DNA of 64,000 nt from a virus (Duplodnaviria > Caudoviricetes): the IMG/VR virus record IMGVR_UViG_2695421014_000001, positions 4,508-68,507 of that record; one strand, written 5' to 3'. This document shows positions 18,713 to 28,381 of this stretch, in pieces. The stretch's first letter is position 1. Each line of letters opens with the position of its first letter. Both the position numbers and the translations under genes were made by a program. The notes under the pieces were generated by a model. The model saw only the letters and a program-made list of their open reading frames with translations, ran no database searches and was not told the DNA's origin.

Positions 18713-19831
18713 GTGAGCACCACCGACGTCAACGAAAAGTTCAGCAACGACCGCCGCGCCCTCATGCAGTCGGCAGGTGCCCGCCGCCGTCCCGACGGCA
18801 CGTACGCCGCGACCGTCGGCTACGACCGGGGCGAGGTCATCGGCCGCGACGGACTCGACACCTCGCGCGGCACCGCCGCCCTCTACACGTCCACCCCGGC
18901 CTGGCACGGCCTCGGCACCGTTGTCCCCGGCGGCATCTCCGACATCGACACCGTGCTGCGCGTCGGCCAGATCGACTTCCACGTCGATAAGGTCCCCGTC
19001 CGCTACTCCTACGACGGCAGCAACCGGACGATGGACGGCCGATGGGTCACCGTCCGCTCCGACACAGGGGCCGCCCTCGGCACCGTCGGCCAGCGGTACG
19101 AGATCTTCCAGCAGCGGCAGATCTTCAACTTCCTCGAAGACCTCGCCGACCTGCACGGCGTGCTCTGGGAGTCCGCCGGAGCACTGCGCGGCGGCCGCCG
19201 GGTCTTCGTCACCATGCAGATCCCCGACACCGTCATCATCGACCGGGGCGGACTCGACGACGAGATCAAGTTGTTCATCGTCGCGATCAACAGCCACGAC
19301 GCCACCTCGCAGGCCGAAGTGGTCGTCACCCCCTGGCGAGTCGTCTGCGCCAACACCGAACGCTTCGCGCTCGCCGACGCCGCCTCCCGCTGGGCGATCC
19401 GCCACACCACCAGCGGCCTGGAGAACCTCGCCGAAGCGCGCCGCACCCTCGGCCTCAGCCTCAAGTACGCCGAGGCGTTCGAGGGGGAAGAGACCGCGCT
19501 CGCCCGCACCGAGATCGCCCTGCGCGACTTCCACCAGGTGATTGCCGACCTGTGGCCCCTCGACGACGACGCCACCGACCGCACCCGCACCAGCCACGCC
19601 AAGCGGACCGACCGCCTCGACGCCATGTTCCGCACCGAGACGCAGCGCGCCGGACGCACCGCCTACGCCGCCGAGCGGACGATCACCGACTACCTCGACC
19701 ACGTCGCCCCCCGACGCCCCGGCCGAACGATGACCGAGGAGATCGCCCGCGCGACCGCCCTCCTCGAAGGCACCGACGACGAACTGAAGACCAAGGCCCA
19801 CAAGCGGCTCCTGCTGCTCCGCAAGGCCTGA
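18713..19831 (+). CDS. DUF932 family phage/plasmid-like protein
   Basis: PAWHGLG, ESAGALRGGRRVF, NSHD, TPWRVVCANT, IRHT motifs. Confidence 0.88.
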   Translation: MSTTDVNEKFSNDRRALMQSAGARRRPDGTYAATVGYDRGEVIGRDGLDTSRGTAALYTSTPAWHGLGTVVPGGISDIDTVLRVGQIDFHVDKVPVRYSYDGSNRTMDGRWVTVRSDTGAALGTVGQRYEIFQQRQIFNFLEDLADLHGVLWESAGALRGGRRVFVTMQIPDTVIIDRGGLDDEIKLFIVAINSHDATSQAEVVVTPWRVVCANTERFALADAASRWAIRHTTSGLENLAEARRTLGLSLKYAEAFEGEETALARTEIALRDFHQVIADLWPLDDDATDRTRTSHAKRTDRLDAMFRTETQRAGRTAYAAERTITDYLDHVAPRRPGRTMTEEIARATALLEGTDDELKTKAHKRLLLLRKA

Positions 19832-19933
19832 CCCCCAGACCGGCGGCCGTACTCCCCCTACCGGCCGCCACCCAGGGCCGCGCCCCGCGATTCCCCCGCC
19901 CAGCGGGGCGCGGCCCGCACAACTGAACACCGA

Positions 19934-20007
19934 GGTGCTGTAGCTCAGTTGGCAGAGCGCGGATCTTATAAGTCCTGAGGCCGTGGGTTCGAGTCCCACC
20001 AGCACTA
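19934..20007 (+). tRNA. tRNA-Ile, anticodon TAT (UAU); CCA not encoded
   Basis: Acceptor GGTGCTG/CAGCACT, D-stem GCTC/GAGC, anticodon loop CT-TAT-AA (19965-19971), T-arm GTGGG-TTCGAGT-CCCAC, discriminator A. Confidence 0.88.
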
Positions 20008-20039
20008 CTCCAACGCCGTTCCATACGACTGGAGTTGCG

Positions 20040-20405
20040 ATGACCGACACCACGGTCACCCCGTACCCCGAGACCCCCGCCGCAGTGGCCGCCGCCGTGC
20101 TCGACGCCATCGAGCGCCAGCCCAACACGCTCAGCATGGGCGAGTGGTACCACCACCCCCAGAGTCTGGCCCTCCTGCCGTCGGCTGAGCCGGACTGCGG
20201 GACCACCATGTGCGTCGCCGGATGGGCCGCGCACGTCACCGGCTGGACCCTCGCCAACGACCACGACGCGGCCAAGGACGGCCAGACCCAGACCATCGAG
20301 TTCGTGGCCACTCAGGCGCTCGGCCTCGACGAGGACACGAACGGCTTGTTCTGGGACCCGGCCGAGGACGCCATCGCCGAACTGCGCGAGATCGCCGGAC
20401 GCTGA
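20040..20405 (+). CDS. hypothetical phage protein
   Basis: GGAG RBS; CGTTMCVAGWA motif. Confidence 0.7.
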   Translation: MTDTTVTPYPETPAAVAAAVLDAIERQPNTLSMGEWYHHPQSLALLPSAEPDCGTTMCVAGWAAHVTGWTLANDHDAAKDGQTQTIEFVATQALGLDEDTNGLFWDPAEDAIAELREIAGR

Positions 20406-20494
20406 CCCACTGACCGCCCGGCGGCCGGACACGCGACCGCGCCACGGCGCACCGACTCGCTTCCCGCCGCCGGGCCCACACCGGAGAACCGATC

Positions 20495-21127
20495 ATGCCG
20501 AAGCCCCGCCGCTCCCGAACGGTCCGCCCGCCCGCACGCGCGGCAGCCCTGCCGCGCCACGGCGGACTGGCCGTCCCGTGGATCACCGGCTGGTTCGACG
20601 GCCGGCCCTACTTCGGCGTCAACTTCCCGGTCCGCCGCATTCAGGCGATCAAGCACCGGCTGTGCCAGTTCTGCCGTCAGCCGCTGGGACGCCGCATCGG
20701 GCTGGTCGTCCGGCCTGCCGACAGCGCCGTCGGATACGTCGACGAGCCCGGCATGCACCCCGAGTGCCTGGACTACGCCGTCGCCGTCTGCCCGATGCTG
20801 AACGGCTCCATGGACCGGTACCGGACCGGCCCACCCGCCGCCGTGGCCGGGCTGCTCGCCGTGCAGGCGTCGCGCGCAGGGCAACCTGCCGAAGCGTACG
20901 AGGCCTGGTACATCACCCCGTCCGGCTACGAGATCGCCTACGGCCCCGACGGCACGGTGCTCGGCATCCGCCTCGACGTTCCGGTGCTCATGAAGCGCCC
21001 CGTGCGCGCCGCCGCGCGCCCCCGCCTCACCCGCGAGCAGGCGTTGCTTCTGCGCCAGGTCCTCGACCTCGAAGCCGTACGCGCCGTCGAATCGCTACTC
21101 GACATTCCAGGAGACACGCCCTCATGA
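20495..21127 (+). CDS. conserved hypothetical Cys/His protein of actinobacterial mobile elements
   Basis: GGLAVPWIT, LCQFCRQPL, EPGMHPECLDYAVAVCPML. Confidence 0.65.
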   Translation: MPKPRRSRTVRPPARAAALPRHGGLAVPWITGWFDGRPYFGVNFPVRRIQAIKHRLCQFCRQPLGRRIGLVVRPADSAVGYVDEPGMHPECLDYAVAVCPMLNGSMDRYRTGPPAAVAGLLAVQASRAGQPAEAYEAWYITPSGYEIAYGPDGTVLGIRLDVPVLMKRPVRAAARPRLTREQALLLRQVLDLEAVRAVESLLDIPGDTPS

Positions 21128-21501
21128 CCACCACGCCCGCCCGCACCATGTCCAAGGCCGGAGACCTGGTCCGCGCCTTCAACCACGACACCATCTCCAC
21201 CGGCGACGACTGGCAGTACCCGCCGCACGCCTACGACGCGATCGGCGCCCTCGCCTACCTGGCGCGGATGCTGCCACAGGCCATCGAGCAGACCCTGCGG
21301 CCCGTGGAACGCACGCACAAGGAGGGGCGCGTCACCGTCGACGGCGGTGGTGACCCGGGCCACGCCGTCGCCCATCTGCGTCAGACCGTCGAAAACGCCG
21401 CCAAGGCTGCTGCGCTGCTGGCCGCAACCCTCGACCACGCCCACGCCGCATCCAGCCCGCTCGGCCTCGACACCCGCGGACTTCCCGGCTTTGAGGACTG
21501 A
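21124..21501 (+). CDS. hypothetical protein
   Basis: ATGA overlap. Confidence 0.6.
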   Translation: MTTTPARTMSKAGDLVRAFNHDTISTGDDWQYPPHAYDAIGALAYLARMLPQAIEQTLRPVERTHKEGRVTVDGGGDPGHAVAHLRQTVENAAKAAALLAATLDHAHAASSPLGLDTRGLPGFED

Positions 21502-21503
21502 CA

Positions 21504-21734
21504 GTGGCCGACCCCAAGCGCGTACGCGCCCAGGCCGCAGCGGAGGACTCAGCCGCCGCGAAATGGCGACGCCGGACCTTCACCGACAACCGCGACCCGT
21601 CCACCACCCGCCGGCCCCTGATGGTCGGCACCCCCGACGACCGCCGCTGCTGGTGTCTGGAGCCCCTCGGCCACGACTGGGACCGCAAGGACGACGGCGC
21701 ACCCCACCCACGAGAAGAAGGACCCCGACCATGA
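21504..21734 (+). CDS. small hypothetical protein
   Basis: CWC...GHDW motif. Confidence 0.55.
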   Translation: MADPKRVRAQAAAEDSAAAKWRRRTFTDNRDPSTTRRPLMVGTPDDRRCWCLEPLGHDWDRKDDGAPHPREEGPRP

Positions 21735-22309
21735 CCACCCATACACCTCCGCAGCTCCCGGCCGCCCCGGTCGACGAGCGCCCGGACGGCTTCATGGAGT
21801 TCCCCGAGCAGGCCTCCGTCCTGAGCGACACCCTCACGGCCGCCGGCGTCGAACTCGGCGCGTACGAGCGGGTCATCATCGACTGGCTGTCCCGCTGGGA
21901 GTGGGCGACGGTCGCCGTCATCGCCTCCTGGGTGGCGCGCGCCGCGACCGTCCGCGAGCCCGCCCCGCCCGTCGCGCTGCCCGGCCGGTTCGACGCCAGC
22001 CCGGCCGACGTCGACCAGCACCTGCGCCGGACCCTCGCCGAGGACACCTACCTGCGCTACCAGCAGGCCATCGGCGGCCGCGCGGTCACCGAGGCCGCTC
22101 AGGACATCACCGACGACTCGTGGAGTCGCCGGGACCGGTTCGGCCGCTACGAGCGCGAGGAGTACGAGGCCGGGATGCGGAAGGCCTCCGAGCTGGTCGA
22201 TCCGGCGGAGGACGGTGGCCCGTACCCGTCGCAGCTCCAGTGCTCCCAGCACGACGGCTTCGGCCCCTGCCCGGGCGCGCCCCGCTGCACCCCGAAGGAG
22301 AACGACTGA
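21731..22309 (+). CDS. hypothetical protein
   Basis: AAGVELGAYERVIIDWL..WEWATVAVIASW. Confidence 0.6.
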   Translation: MTTHTPPQLPAAPVDERPDGFMEFPEQASVLSDTLTAAGVELGAYERVIIDWLSRWEWATVAVIASWVARAATVREPAPPVALPGRFDASPADVDQHLRRTLAEDTYLRYQQAIGGRAVTEAAQDITDDSWSRRDRFGRYEREEYEAGMRKASELVDPAEDGGPYPSQLQCSQHDGFGPCPGAPRCTPKEND

Positions 22310-22575
22310 TGGCCACCGGACCCGAGCACTACCGCGAGGCCGAGCGCCTCGCCGGGATGGCGCACCACTTCACCTATGGCGACGGTGCCGATCCGGTTGC
22401 TGGCGGGGCGCTCGCCACCGAGGGGCTCTTGCACGCGACGCTCGCGCTGGCCGCCGCAACCGCCATGAGCGCGCCGGTCGACGGGGCTGAAACCGGCATG
22501 GGAACGCCTGAGTTCGCCGCCTGGTACGAGGCCGCAGGCGTGAAGCCTCGGCCGAAGGGCGGTGATCCGGAATGA
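22309..22575 (+). CDS. hypothetical protein
   Basis: TGPEHYREAERL...HATLALAAATA; AGGAG RBS. Confidence 0.65.
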   Translation: MATGPEHYREAERLAGMAHHFTYGDGADPVAGGALATEGLLHATLALAAATAMSAPVDGAETGMGTPEFAAWYEAAGVKPRPKGGDPE

Positions 22576-22943
22576 GCACCGGCCCCACGCCGTCACCGCG
22601 CACCATCGCCTGCCCGCCATCCCCTGACGGCTGCGGTGCCGTAGCTGGCGCGCCGTGCACGAGCCACGGCGGCACCCGCGAGCGCCGCGACTTCCACCGG
22701 GCACGTACGGCAGCCCTGGAGGCGGCGCGGATCGCTACCGTCCCGGCGGCCAAGCTCGTCGCTGACGCCGTGAAGGACCGGACCATCGTGTCCGGCACGC
22801 GGGCCGCCGCCCTGCTCGCCGAGCACGGCTACTCGGCCGAGGCCGACCGGGTCCAGAACGAGGTGAGGGCCCGCAACGGGCTGATGTCCGCCAAGCAGGC
22901 CGTCGCCTTCCTCATCGGCAACGCGGGCGGTGAGGGCCAGTGA
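22572..22943 (+). CDS. zinc-finger protein
   Basis: ACP....CGA..GAPC...FHRAR. Confidence 0.6.
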   Translation: MSTGPTPSPRTIACPPSPDGCGAVAGAPCTSHGGTRERRDFHRARTAALEAARIATVPAAKLVADAVKDRTIVSGTRAAALLAEHGYSAEADRVQNEVRARNGLMSAKQAVAFLIGNAGGEGQ

Positions 22944-23563
22944 GCGCCGACGACGAGCTGACGCCGGAGCAGCGGGCGAAACTCGCAGAGCAACTGGATG
23001 GCTGGAAGCCAGCCAGCGCCGGACTGCTCATGTCCTTCGGCAAGTCGGTCCAGGACCGCCGCGACCACGACCACACGACGCAGCGAGAAGACTGGTACTG
23101 CCTCAACCTCGCCGCGTACATGGGGGAGCGGGTGGCAGCCGTGCTGCGGCGCCTGCTCGACACCGAGGCCGAGGTCGCCCGGCTGCGTGACGAGCTCGCC
23201 GAGGAGAAGGCGGACCGGAACCCGCGCCTGCGCTGCCTGATCGTGAAGGCCGCACCAGACCGGGACCTGTATGTCGGCTGGTCGGGCATCGCAGAGGGGC
23301 CGACCGGGGCGTGGACGCGGGCTGAGGCGCTGGCGTACGGATTCCCCCGCTCGCGCCTGGACCGCGCAGACCAGAGCGGCAGCAGCGCCCTCGGCGACTA
23401 CCGGCCCGGCCTCTGGGACGACGACGGGTTCATCGCCGAACAGCGGGGGGTGCTGCCCCGGGCCCGCATCGGCGACTACGCCCAGCGATACCTGGCGGGA
23501 GACCACTCCGCCGCATTCGACCTGCTGGAGCCCTTCGAGGGCGAGACGGAGGTACGTCGGTGA
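22940..23563 (+). CDS. hypothetical protein
   Basis: GTGA overlap, GC3 bias. Confidence 0.6.
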   Translation: MSADDELTPEQRAKLAEQLDGWKPASAGLLMSFGKSVQDRRDHDHTTQREDWYCLNLAAYMGERVAAVLRRLLDTEAEVARLRDELAEEKADRNPRLRCLIVKAAPDRDLYVGWSGIAEGPTGAWTRAEALAYGFPRSRLDRADQSGSSALGDYRPGLWDDDGFIAEQRGVLPRARIGDYAQRYLAGDHSAAFDLLEPFEGETEVRR

Positions 23564-24423
23564 GCGCCCGGGACACGCTGTTGGAGATCGTCCGGCAGTG
23601 GACATCACGGAACGGCGGCGCGCCGGAGACGCCGGAAGCGGTGGTCGAGGCCAGCGAGAGCGAGTTGCTGCGCGCGTGGGCGGCGAAAGTCCGTGAGGTC
23701 GGTGCCGCGAAGGGCTGGTCTGTGTGGGCCGCCGCCTTCATGGACCCCGACGTTCCTTTCGTCGACACCGACATGCCGTCGACCGAGACCATCGTCGCCG
23801 AGCTCCGCCGCCTCGACCGGGCAGATGCCCTCGAAAGGTTCGCCGACGAGATCAACGCGCTCGGCGACGATCACGAACTCGGGCCTGGCTGGGGAGACGC
23901 GGCCGACAGGGCACGGTCCAAGGCCGCGTCTCTGCGACGGGAGAAGGACACCAGCGGCGGCCACCAGCCGGCCGAGGGCGAGTCCACTCCCGAGGCCGGA
24001 TCCCAGGACACGGGCACGACCTTCGCGAAGTGGCTCCGTGACGCGCGGATCGCGTCCGGACTCTCGCAGCAGAGGATTGCCGACGCTGTGACGGAGCAGG
24101 GCCTCAGGTTCCTCCAGACAACGATCGCGAAGATCGAGCGCGGATCCCGGCCGATGCGCCTGGACGAAGCCGTCGTGCTGACGCAGCTGTTCGGCACCAC
24201 CCTCGACGCTGTGCTCAACCTGCGGGAGGGCAGCCGGATCAGCTTCGGCTCCCGCGAGGCGGCGCGCAGGGCGTCTCTGCTGGCGCACATCCGCGACCAG
24301 ATCGACGCCGAGCTGAAGGGCGCGGCGCCTGCCGACGAGCCGTCGCGCGCCATCAACGAACTGTGCCGGTGGGCCGCCGATGCGCCAGCGCACGACACCG
24401 ACTCCGAAGGAACGAGCCAGTGA
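23560..24423 (+). CDS. protein with XRE-family HTH domain
   Basis: LRDARIASGLSQQRIADAV....QTTIAKIERGSRPMRLDEAVVL. Confidence 0.8.
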   Translation: MSARDTLLEIVRQWTSRNGGAPETPEAVVEASESELLRAWAAKVREVGAAKGWSVWAAAFMDPDVPFVDTDMPSTETIVAELRRLDRADALERFADEINALGDDHELGPGWGDAADRARSKAASLRREKDTSGGHQPAEGESTPEAGSQDTGTTFAKWLRDARIASGLSQQRIADAVTEQGLRFLQTTIAKIERGSRPMRLDEAVVLTQLFGTTLDAVLNLREGSRISFGSREAARRASLLAHIRDQIDAELKGAAPADEPSRAINELCRWAADAPAHDTDSEGTSQ

Positions 24424-24812
24424 ACATGCCCGCGCCACTCACCATCGCCGCGCGCCGCGCCATGGTCGAGGAACTGCGCCGCCAGGAGCCAGGCATCAGC
24501 GCCAGAAAGATGGGTGCTCGTCTGGGGGTCGGCAAGGACACGATCCTCCGGGACATCGACGAGATCGAGACGGAGCAGCGCCAGCGCGCCGCCGAGGCCG
24601 CGGCCGCCGTGCCGGATCCCGAGCCGCCCGCGACACCGGCTGCGCCGGAGCGCGACACCCTCGTGCTCCAGCTTGACGAGCCGATGCGCCAGGCGCTCGC
24701 CGTGCTGCGGGCCCAGCTCGGCGCGCCCGACACCCCCAGACAGAACATGGCCGCCGCCCGCGCAGCAATCCAGTCCGTGGCGGACACCCTCCTGGAAGGC
24801 CGCAGCTTGTGA
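24420..24812 (+). CDS. HTH DNA-binding protein
   Basis: ISARKMGARLGVGKDTILRDI. Confidence 0.7.
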   Translation: MNMPAPLTIAARRAMVEELRRQEPGISARKMGARLGVGKDTILRDIDEIETEQRQRAAEAAAAVPDPEPPATPAAPERDTLVLQLDEPMRQALAVLRAQLGAPDTPRQNMAAARAAIQSVADTLLEGRSL

Positions 24813-25297
24813 CCGGCGCCCCGACCACCAGCCGCCCCCAACGGCTGAGCGCACGCGACCTTGAGATCGTCCTCGGGTACTCGCGTGGGCGAACGACCGC
24901 CAGCATCGCCCGGGCTCTCGGCGTTTCGGATGCCTGCGTGAAGTCCCGGACCCAGCGACTGGCCAAGCGCCTCGGCATCATGGGCGGGCAGCAGGCCGGT
25001 CTGGTCCACTACGCGTATCTGCACGGCCATCTCGTGGTCGTCCGGCAGCGGCCCCTGCACCCACTGCCGCCGCGCCTGACCGAGATCTTGGAGTGCTCCG
25101 CGCAGGGCCTCGGATGCAGGGCGACCGCAACCGCGCTCGGCATCAGCCCCGAGACCGTCCGCACCCACCGCAAGCGACTTCACCGGGCGCTCGGCGTCCA
25201 CTGCACCGCCCGCGCCGTCGCCGTCGCCTGGGAGGCCGGACTCCTGGATGCCCGCAGCACCTCAGTACTAGCCACCGCGAAAGGCACCACCCCGTGA
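24809..25297 (+). CDS. tandem LuxR-type HTH regulator
   Basis: Two LuxR HTHs (LSARDLEIV...IARALGVS; LPPRLTEIL...LGISPETVRTH...AVAVAWEAGLL). Confidence 0.82.
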   Translation: MTGAPTTSRPQRLSARDLEIVLGYSRGRTTASIARALGVSDACVKSRTQRLAKRLGIMGGQQAGLVHYAYLHGHLVVVRQRPLHPLPPRLTEILECSAQGLGCRATATALGISPETVRTHRKRLHRALGVHCTARAVAVAWEAGLLDARSTSVLATAKGTTP

Positions 25298-26106
25298 GCC
25301 GCGTCTACTTCCACAGCCCCACCCGGGAAGCCGAGCTGAAGGGCTCCGAGCGAGCCTGGATGAGCGGCCTCGTCGAAGACCTCGCCGTCGGCATGCTCGA
25401 CCTCGACCACTCGACCCGGCTCGACCGGCTGCTCAGCCTCGTCGGCCCAGGCCACTACGTTGCGGAGCACGCCGCCCGCGTGGGGCCGGGAATGCCCCTC
25501 GCCACCGCGTACCGGCTCGGGTTCCTGAACGACGAGCCGCACCGCACCCCGGTCATGCAACACCGGGGACGTCGCATCGACACCTTCGAGCTGACCCTCA
25601 ACACGGCACTGCTCCTCGGCAACGAGCAGGTGCGCCTTGCCGCGCGGCTGCACGGACAGTGCGAACTGCACGCCTGGGTCGACGGCCCCAACCGGGCCTG
25701 GCTCGCCGACGTCATGCAGACCGGCATCGACACCGGTATCTTCCGGCGCGGCCTGCCGTACCGAGACGACCCTGGCAGCGAAGTGAAGTGGTCGGATCAG
25801 GGCTGGGACGACGTGATCGCCCTGCTCCGCGAACGGGACGACGAACCCGTCGTCACCTCGTTCTCCATCACCGACCAGTTCCCCAACTCGGGACCCGACG
25901 GGTACGACGGCGACTGGTATGACCTGGAGGCCACCGAGCGGTGGCGCATTGGCATGGAGTGGCTCCGCCAGTCGCCCGCCAGGCTCGAACTCGCGCCCGG
26001 CCAGGAGTTGTACCGGTTTGGGCCCGGACTGAGCATCCTCGACATCTTCGCCCCGGACTGGGAAGAGCGCCTCGACCGGGCGCTGGCGCGCGAGGAGGAC
26101 CGGTGA
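25294..26106 (+). CDS. hypothetical protein
   Basis: ARLHGQCELHAWVDGPNRAWLAD; GTGA overlap. Confidence 0.65.
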   Translation: MSRVYFHSPTREAELKGSERAWMSGLVEDLAVGMLDLDHSTRLDRLLSLVGPGHYVAEHAARVGPGMPLATAYRLGFLNDEPHRTPVMQHRGRRIDTFELTLNTALLLGNEQVRLAARLHGQCELHAWVDGPNRAWLADVMQTGIDTGIFRRGLPYRDDPGSEVKWSDQGWDDVIALLRERDDEPVVTSFSITDQFPNSGPDGYDGDWYDLEATERWRIGMEWLRQSPARLELAPGQELYRFGPGLSILDIFAPDWEERLDRALAREEDR

Positions 26107-26585
26107 CCTGCGAGTTGTCGATCTGGCCGTGGAAGTGCCCGTTCTGCGTCGGCGGGATCGAGCCCAGCGAGGACGGCCAGGGCCGCGAACGCTGCATCCA
26201 CTGCTCGGGCACCGGCCTCACCGACCAGCCCTGCGGGCCCGCCGAACGAGCACCCCGGCCGCCGGGCGTGATGCGCACTCCGTGCGCCGACTGCGCCTTC
26301 CGGAAAGGCTCGCCCGAGTTGGAGGCCAACGGCGTGCAGCTGCCCGACGACGAGCCGTTCTTCTGCCACCAGGGCCTGCCCATCTCCGCGTTCGGCGCCT
26401 ACACCCCGACCGCCATGTTCCGCGGTCTGCCCCTCGGAGCCATGGTGTGCGCCGGCTGGTGGGCGTTCAAGACCGGCGAGGCCCTGCCGGAGAAGCCGTA
26501 CCGCGAAGTCCCCGTCACCGAGGACGAAGTGGAGAAGCGCTGGGGCCGCGCCGGGAAGAACGACCAGGAAGGAACGACACCGTGA
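26103..26585 (+). CDS. Cys-rich hypothetical protein
   Basis: Multiple CxxC; PCADCAFRKGSPE...FFCH. Confidence 0.6.
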   Translation: MTCELSIWPWKCPFCVGGIEPSEDGQGRERCIHCSGTGLTDQPCGPAERAPRPPGVMRTPCADCAFRKGSPELEANGVQLPDDEPFFCHQGLPISAFGAYTPTAMFRGLPLGAMVCAGWWAFKTGEALPEKPYREVPVTEDEVEKRWGRAGKNDQEGTTP

Positions 26586-26929
26586 CCACACACCTGCCGG
26601 TCACCGGGTACTGCCCGCTGGGCTGCGGCGAGACCCTCCAGCGCGCCGCCGACGGCACGATCGCCTGCGCCGACGCGGGCTGTGCGCGGCCCTACGCCAT
26701 CACAGCCATCTTGCTGGATCGCGAGACCGAGCACATCGTCCAGTTCGACGACGGCTTCACCATCCGGCATCCGCTGCGTGAGCGTCTCGACGACGCCCTG
26801 ATGCGGTGCGAGCTGCACAGGTTCTGCGTCAGCCTGCCCGGGCCGCCCCGCGAAGGCTCCGGCCAATACCGGGCCATCCACCGTGGCCCTAAGGACTGGG
26901 TGTTCCAGCGCACCGGAGGCGAGTCGTGA
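26582..26929 (+). CDS. hypothetical protein (DUF6085-like)
   Basis: GYCPLGCGETL...ETEHIVQF..GFTIRHPLRERL. Confidence 0.6.
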   Translation: MTTHLPVTGYCPLGCGETLQRAADGTIACADAGCARPYAITAILLDRETEHIVQFDDGFTIRHPLRERLDDALMRCELHRFCVSLPGPPREGSGQYRAIHRGPKDWVFQRTGGES

Positions 26930-27510
26930 ACTACCGCCCATACCCCGACGTCGACCGGGCCCTCGCACAGTTGGAGCGGCACCACGCGCGCGAGCAGCAG
27001 AGCCTCTTCCTGGCCTGGGTCGACGAACACGTGCGCCCCGGTCTTGCTGAGTGGCAGAAGCGCCTCGTCACGGCCGCGGCCAAGCAGACCGGGAAGACGG
27101 CCATAACCGCGGCGATCGCCGACCAGGCGGTGAAGGCCGGCGAACACGTCCACGTCGCTACCCGTCGCGGAGTGCGATGCGCTGGGGGAGACGCCGGCTG
27201 CGGGCTGCTGCCGCTGCGGCCGGACCGGCCGCTGATCCTGGCCCGCGTGGTGCGCACCTGCCTCGCGGTCCCTTCGCAGTGGAACGCCTGGACCGTCGAC
27301 GGCCAGTACCTGTACCTGCGCTACCGCTCCGGCATCGGCACCGTCGACGCCTACGACACCGAAGACAGCGAGCAGTGGACGCAGTTCCCCGACGGCCGCG
27401 TCGCCATCTTCGACACCGGCGAGACGTACGGCGGCGACATGGCCCTCACCGAGTTCTGCGAGCGCGCCGGCCTCCAGCTCGCCGACAACGCGGAGGTGAC
27501 CGGCGAATGA
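26926..27510 (+). CDS. hypothetical protein
   Basis: TC.AVPSQWNAWTVDGQYLYLRYRSG. Confidence 0.6.
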   Translation: MNYRPYPDVDRALAQLERHHAREQQSLFLAWVDEHVRPGLAEWQKRLVTAAAKQTGKTAITAAIADQAVKAGEHVHVATRRGVRCAGGDAGCGLLPLRPDRPLILARVVRTCLAVPSQWNAWTVDGQYLYLRYRSGIGTVDAYDTEDSEQWTQFPDGRVAIFDTGETYGGDMALTEFCERAGLQLADNAEVTGE

Positions 27511-27746
27511 TCAAGGCACTTCTTCGGGAGTCGGCTGGTCAGGCGGTTGTCGTGCTTGGCCTGTCCGGCGAGAACATGGCGCGCCTCATGGCTGATGAGC
27601 CGATCGTGGTCCAGGTCGCCGAGCTCGGCCTGCCACCGATGAAGATCCTGCTCATGGGCGGCCGCACCGAGGAGGTCATGGCCGCACAGCTCAAAGAGAG
27701 GTTCGGGACGCCGAAGCGAGCCATCCGGCAGGAGCCGGAGCGGTGA
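27507..27746 (+). CDS. hypothetical protein
   Basis: VVLGLSGENMARLMADEPI; GGAGG RBS. Confidence 0.6.
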   Translation: MIKALLRESAGQAVVVLGLSGENMARLMADEPIVVQVAELGLPPMKILLMGGRTEEVMAAQLKERFGTPKRAIRQEPER

Positions 27747-28381
27747 CCGCGCCGATGCCGCGGCCGCCGGGCCCGTGGCGTGCGCTGGCCCGAGACGCCA
27801 TCCTCACACCGCAGGAGGCCGCCGCCCGGGACGCCGCACTGGCGGAACTCCAAGACAAAGACGTCACTGCGCCCGCCGTCCCCGCGGTTTCCGAGACACC
27901 TCCACACCAGCGGCTGACCAGCATCCAGTCGCTCGCCGACCGCGCCGGATGGAGAGTCACCTTCCTGCGGACCGCAGAGCGGGCGCGCATCGAAGCGTTC
28001 CACCCGGACGGGGCCGCCGTCATGGCCACCGCCGTGCCGGATCGCTCGGTCCACGCCTACGTCCTTCATCCGGCCGGGAACCGCACACCGCGCTGGCTGG
28101 CAACCACGCCTTCGGCCGCCGAACACTTCCTCGAGCACCTGAGACTGCCGCAGGATGCAGCCCGCCGCAGACCGGATTCCAAGTGTCGGTGCAAGAAGGA
28201 CGGGCGCTATCCCACGCAGGCCTGGGCGCAGCGAGCTCTCACCAACATCCTGATCAACAAGGATCTTCGTCAGGGGCGGCGGGCCACTGAACGGCGCGTC
28301 TACCGCTGCCCCGCCGACGACCGGGTCTGGCACATCACCAGCCGCCGCGCCTGGCACCCCGACAACAGGAGCCCGCGGTGA
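27743..28381 (+). CDS. hypothetical protein
   Basis: C-terminal ERRVYRCP....WHITS motif. Confidence 0.55.
   Translation: MTAPMPRPPGPWRALARDAILTPQEAAARDAALAELQDKDVTAPAVPAVSETPPHQRLTSIQSLADRAGWRVTFLRTAERARIEAFHPDGAAVMATAVPDRSVHAYVLHPAGNRTPRWLATTPSAAEHFLEHLRLPQDAARRRPDSKCRCKKDGRYPTQAWAQRALTNILINKDLRQGRRATERRVYRCPADDRVWHITSRRAWHPDNRSPR

Noticed and set aside
19934-20007. tRNA as prophage attachment site
   Set aside because: Internal to a phage operon; no adjacent integrase and no duplicated 3' end seen
27070-27110. AKQTGKT resembling a Walker A motif
   Set aside because: No Walker B or ATPase-sized domain; at most a remnant
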